Source: Candidatus Latescibacterota bacterium
GTDB lineage: Bacteria > Krumholzibacteriota > Krumholzibacteriia > WVZY01 > JAKEHA01
Direction: 5' to 3'
Assembly (NCBI GenBank): GCA_963707635.1
Contig: OY970173.1
Coordinates: 2,400,001-2,464,000, forward strand
DNA: 64,000 nt
Position 1 is the first letter of the stretch; each line of letters begins with the position of its first letter. Of this stretch, positions 58,234 to 64,000 are shown one piece after another. Position numbers and translations under genes: made by a program. The notes beneath the pieces were generated by a model, which saw nothing but the letters and a program-made list of their open reading frames with translations, was not told the origin of the DNA and searched no databases.

Positions 58234-61015
58234 CTACTTGTAGCCGAAAATCACCGAATAGATGATGAGCGCGATCAGGATCAGCCCCACGCCGAGGAAG
58301 AGCGACCCCGCCACGCGTACGCCGATTTCCCACCGGCGCGACAGCGCCCCTTTCACGAGGCGACGGCGGAGTTCACCCGTGCGCTTCATCTCCTCGTATT
58401 CGACGGGACGATCTTTGATGTAGTCCTCTAGCGGGGTCAGCCCGGTGAAGACCACGGTGTCCATCGGGAAGGCTTCGGGGCGCAGGTGCGTATTGAAGAA
58501 ATGGATGGTAAAGATGAAACCCACCGCGAGCAATGCCTCGTCGCTGTGGATGATCGTCGCCACGTTGATCAGCGCGCCGGGAAGGAAGCGCGTAAAGAGT
58601 ACCGGGAGCCACAGCATCAGCCCGGACGCCCCGATGATCGCGACCCCCCAGAACACCGCGAGGTAGTCGAATTTCTCCCAGTAGGTCCAGCGCCCGTAGC
58701 GCGGACGCGCTCCCGCGCCGAAGAACCACTTGAGCGTCCCGACGAAGTCATTTAGGTCCTTGCGGTTGAACATCAGCGAGTTCGGCCCGAAGGCGAGCTC
58801 TCGCCAGCTCAACCGCCGCTCGCGCTTGTGTCGCACCAGCGATGCGACGTGGAAGCTGAAGTACCCGAACGTCGCCACCGCGGCAATGCGGTGGATGACG
58901 CCAGCGACGCGGACGCCGCCGAGCACGCCGGAGAGGAAGGCCGCCCACGGCATCGCGGAGAACTTCAGTATCATGCCGGTGAGGGCCAGCGAGAGGAAGC
59001 TGGTGATGACGAACAAGTGCGTGATCCGCTGCGCACGCGTAAAACGCCGTATGTAATATTTCGTCTCGCGTTTTTGCGCCCCGCGCTTGCGTTCGAGCAT
59101 GTGGCGGAACGAACGCGGCAGCCACAGCACCGTGTGCAACCCGAAAAAACTGAACACACCCACCAGCAGGAACGTCATCGCCCAGTACGAATAGTAGAGG
59201 AACGGATACTTGTCCGGGTCGTGGTGCGTCGCGTGCGTCAGGTAGCCGGTGAAGCGCTGGTTTGCGTCCTCGTGACACTGACGGCACGTCCCCACGATGT
59301 TCTTGAATCCCACCTTCGAATTCGGATTGTTGGTCGCAAGGATCTCGTGCGCGCCGTGACAATCGGAACACCTCGCCGCCTTGAAATAGCCAAGCCGGTA
59401 GGCCTTGCCGTGCATCGTCTCGAGGTAGGTCTTGGACAGCTCGCCGTGGCACGAGCCGCACTGCTGCGTCACCTCGAAGAGAAAATCGTCTTTCTCGACG
59501 TCGCCGATGGTATGGGACGAGTGACAGCTTGCACAGTTGGGCAGCTTGTCCACGTCTTTCCCGCTCGCCGCGTAGTGAACGCTCTTGATAAACTGCTTGT
59601 AGATCCCGCGGTGGCACACTGCGCACGTCGCGGGCAGGTTCTGCTTCGAGACTGTTGAGCGCTCGTCCGTGTGCTTGAGCACCATGTGGGACGAGTGGCA
59701 GTCGATGCAGATCGCGCTGGGAAGCAGCCCTTTTTCCGTGAGCGCCCGCCCGTGCACGCTCTGCGAGTAGTCGGCGAACGCCGACACCTGCGAGAGGGTC
59801 GCGACCTTCGACGCTTTCCCCTCCTCCCGGTGGCAATCGCCGCACAACGCCGGCACCGCTGCGCGATACGTGCGCGACGATTCCTGCAGGTGGGAAAGCG
59901 TGCCGTGAGATCCATGGCAGGTCGTGCAGTAGGGGGCCTCCTCGACGCCCCGCGCGTGCGCCTGGCCGTGCCCACTCACCGTGTACTCCTCCGAGATTTT
60001 CGCGTGACAGTTCGAGCAGTCTACGCGTCCGGACGTTTCGCACGGGCGCTTGCGGCGCGGGTCGACGTCCGCGTGGCACTTCACGCACGGTATGGTCTGG
60101 TGGACCGACGACGCAAGTTCTTCACGGTCGACCGTCATCGAAACCGTGTCGCCGGCCTCGACCCCGAACAGGTTGGGCTGTTCGTGACAGCGCAGGCAGT
60201 CGCGGTCGGCGATGGCGAGCGACGCCGCCTCCTTGCGCACCTTGTGCGGCACATGGCAGTCGGTGCACGCGGGGATCGCGCCCGGCGCCTTTTCCCACAG
60301 TTCCCCCCGGATGACCTTGGTGTGGACCTCTTCGATCTTCGCGTGGCACTTCATGCAGGTCGCGGTGATGTTGCGGGGCGAGATCGAAGCGCGCGGCTCC
60401 GTGTGCGGAAGGATCAGGTGCGCATTGTGGCAGTCCGCGCACGCCGCGGTCACGATCAGGCCCTTCTTGAACAGGCCCTCTCCATGAATGCTCTCGCTGT
60501 AGTTCTCCAGGATGTTGTGCGCCGAGATTTCGTACGTGTTCGCGACGGGTGCACCCTCCCGGTGGCATTTCCCGCACAAGTACGGCACGTTCATCTTGTA
60601 TGCGGTCGAACGCCCGTCCCGGGGCGAGAGGATGTCGTGCACCCCGTGACAGTCCTTGCACGACGGTGCGTACGGCGCGTGGCGCTTCAGCGCCTGGCCG
60701 TGGATGCTGGCGTCGAAGTCGAGTTGCTCGTCGTCGTGGCAGGTCCCGCAGTAGACGGGGTGGAGGTCGTCGGCGTGCGGCAGGTCCTCGGGGTCGACGT
60801 CCGCGTGGCAGGCTGTGCAGTTCAGGTCCCGGTGAACGGACGCCCCGAAGATCTTCGCGTCGAAGAACGGTGTCTCGTCGTCGTGCTCGCCGTGGCACTC
60901 GAGACAGGTGTCGTGGTCCGTGGCGGATGCGTTGGCGTCCGGAAGGAGGAGGAGCGGGACCAGCAAAGCGATCGGGAGCAGAACACGCCGAATGGCGATG
61001 CGGCGCGCCGAGGGA

Positions 61016-61044
<29 letters not shown>
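58234..61044 (-). CDS. CbcL-like multiheme c (19 hemes) / cytochrome b fusion
   Basis: 19 CxxCH; YGRWTYWEKFDYLAVFWG, IIHSDEALLA, HFFNTHLRPE. Confidence 0.9.
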
Positions 61045-62570
<1,526 letters not shown>

Positions 62571-62697
62571 TTTTCCGATAATCGGCTCCGAATGTCAAGT
62601 CTAAAGCGGGACACGCGGCGGGGACGGCGGGCCCGCCTGACCGGACAAGCCGGGAAGCGGCGCCCGCGGCCCCGCGGTCTCACCCGGCGCGTGTGAC

Positions 62698-63096
62698 TTA
62701 CTTCGCGACCGGCTCGAGCAGCGCGTGAATCCGGTCGAGGAGCCCTTCGAGGTCGAAGGGTTTGTACAGGCAGGCGTCCGCCTTCGACCACGTCGACACG
62801 AACTCCTCCCGCACCGCGTGGTCGAGCTTGCGCGCCGTGATCAGAAGGATCTTGAACGGCGCCACGTCGCCGCGCGCCATGTCGTCCTTGAGCGCGCGCG
62901 ATACTTCGTAGCCGTTCTTGCCGGGCAGCATCACGTCCAGGATCAGCACCGCGTAGTGCCCCGTGCGCGCCCGGCTCAACGCCGCGTTGCCGTCGTAGGC
63001 GACGTCGACTTCGAACCCGCGGAGTTCGAGACTGTACTTGACCGTGTCGACGATATCCTGCTCGTCATCCACCAGGAGAATCCGCAGCTTGTTCAT
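62698..63096 (-). CDS. Single-domain response regulator (receiver)
   Basis: ILLVDDE, LDVMLPGKNG, ITA, KPF; ATGA-coupled to the kinase. Confidence 0.92.
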   Translation of the reverse strand: MNKLRILLVDDEQDIVDTVKYSLELRGFEVDVAYDGNAALSRARTGHYAVLILDVMLPGKNGYEVSRALKDDMARGDVAPFKILLITARKLDHAVREEFVSTWSKADACLYKPFDLEGLLDRIHALLEPVAK

Positions 63097-64000
63097 GCTT
63101 GCTCCTCGGTGCCGGCGCGAACACCGGCCACCAACCAGTCCAGATCCACCGCGCTCGCCTCCAGCACCGACAGCGACGCGAGCGAACGGGCCATGCGCGC
63201 GGCCGCGCGGCTCAGCGCGGCCGCGATCGACGCGCCGTCGGCGACGCGCGCCGCACCCAGCGCATACCCGCCCATCGACCAGGCGCCCTCTTCGCAGCGC
63301 CGGACCCACGGGCCGACCACGCCGGCGATGTCGGCTTCGCTTTCGGCGGGAATGACCGCCAGCGCGAGGTCGTGCCGGATGGTCCACAGCGACGCGTCGG
63401 CGAACGCTTCGCCGCGCGCCGGGTTCAGCGCCGGCGGACACGCCCACGCGCGCGCGATGTCGGCCCAGTCCTCGCCGTCCGGCTTTCCGAGCACGAGCAC
63501 GCTGGTCGAGCGTTTGGCGGCGCGCAGGCGCGCCATCGCCGTGGTGGCCGCGCGCGCGCGCGCCACCGACGTCGCGGTGCGCCGATCGGCGGGGACGACG
63601 AAGCTGACGGTGGTTCCCTCTCCCAGCCGGCTCTCCGCGCGCAGCCAGCCGTCGTGGGCCTCCACCAGCGCGCGCGAGATGTGCAGCCCGAGGTGGGCCC
63701 CGCCGCCTTCGCCGGTGTCGTGGTAGCGATCGAAGATGTGCGCGAGCGTGGCAGACGCCATCCCCAGCCCGCGGTCGACGACGTCCACGCGCAGGAGCCG
63801 GGGATCGCCGAGCAGGTCCCACGGGAGCAGGCGCATGTCGTCGTCCATCGCTTCGCGGCCGGCCACCCCGACCCGCACGGTGACGCGCTCGCCGTTGGGG
63901 GTGAAGCGGATCGCGTTCGCGAGCAGATTCACCAGCACCTGCTCGATCCGATCGCGATCCAGGCACGCGGTGTCGACCTCGGACGCCATCTCGCAATCGA
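63093..64000 (-). CDS. Sensor histidine kinase, C-terminal part (HATPase plus degenerate extension)
   Basis: IEQVLVNLLANAIRF, DRGLG, LGLHIS, GEGT; 5' end outside the window. Confidence 0.85.
   Translation of the reverse strand, partial: DCEMASEVDTACLDRDRIEQVLVNLLANAIRFTPNGERVTVRVGVAGREAMDDDMRLLPWDLLGDPRLLRVDVVDRGLGMASATLAHIFDRYHDTGEGGGAHLGLHISRALVEAHDGWLRAESRLGEGTTVSFVVPADRRTATSVARARAATTAMARLRAAKRSTSVLVLGKPDGEDWADIARAWACPPALNPARGEAFADASLWTIRHDLALAVIPAESEADIAGVVGPWVRRCEEGAWSMGGYALGAARVADGASIAAALSRAAARMARSLASLSVLEASAVDLDWLVAGVRAGTEEQA

Overview
A GC-rich, gene-dense bacterial chromosomal window with no CRISPR array, integrase or transposase. Two C-terminal secretion tags, the FlgD-Ig-type 'NRPNPFNP...RMVLLK' and 'TWGRVKALYR', suggest an FCB-group candidate phylum such as Krumholzibacteriota or Latescibacterota (inference). 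Left to right: (1) rplY-prs-tRNA-Gln-spoVG-ispE; (2) a surface-polysaccharide locus with a WecA/MraY-type transferase fused to an apparently dead PglF/CapD dehydratase, and an rmlA-like gene with a probable ATC start; (3) alaS-recX-recA-thpR-cinA-pgpA; (4) tandem tyrosine phenol-lyase and a heavily frameshifted tryptophanase, bridged by a doubly coupled 34-aa ORF; (5) mglA-mglB-recR-ybaB-dnaX, SRP RNA and three tRNAs; (6) a GldA/GldF-G/DUF4340 ABC system, a dipeptide epimerase and an MTHFR-like gene; (7) two secreted proteins that each carry both dockerin-like and cohesin-like modules; (8) tRNA-Phe followed by a ~14 kb multiheme cytochrome locus (about 69 heme-binding motifs). That locus combines Geobacter-type inner-membrane modules (ImcH-like, two CbcL-like), a Rieske/cytochrome b complex with a nonaheme partner, a tetraheme periplasmic cytochrome and an MtrA/MtrB-like porin-cytochrome conduit with a hexaheme lipoprotein, i.e. 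a candidate complete extracellular electron transfer chain. Start codons were adjusted by eye from the ORF track. All family calls are from motif recognition, not database searches.
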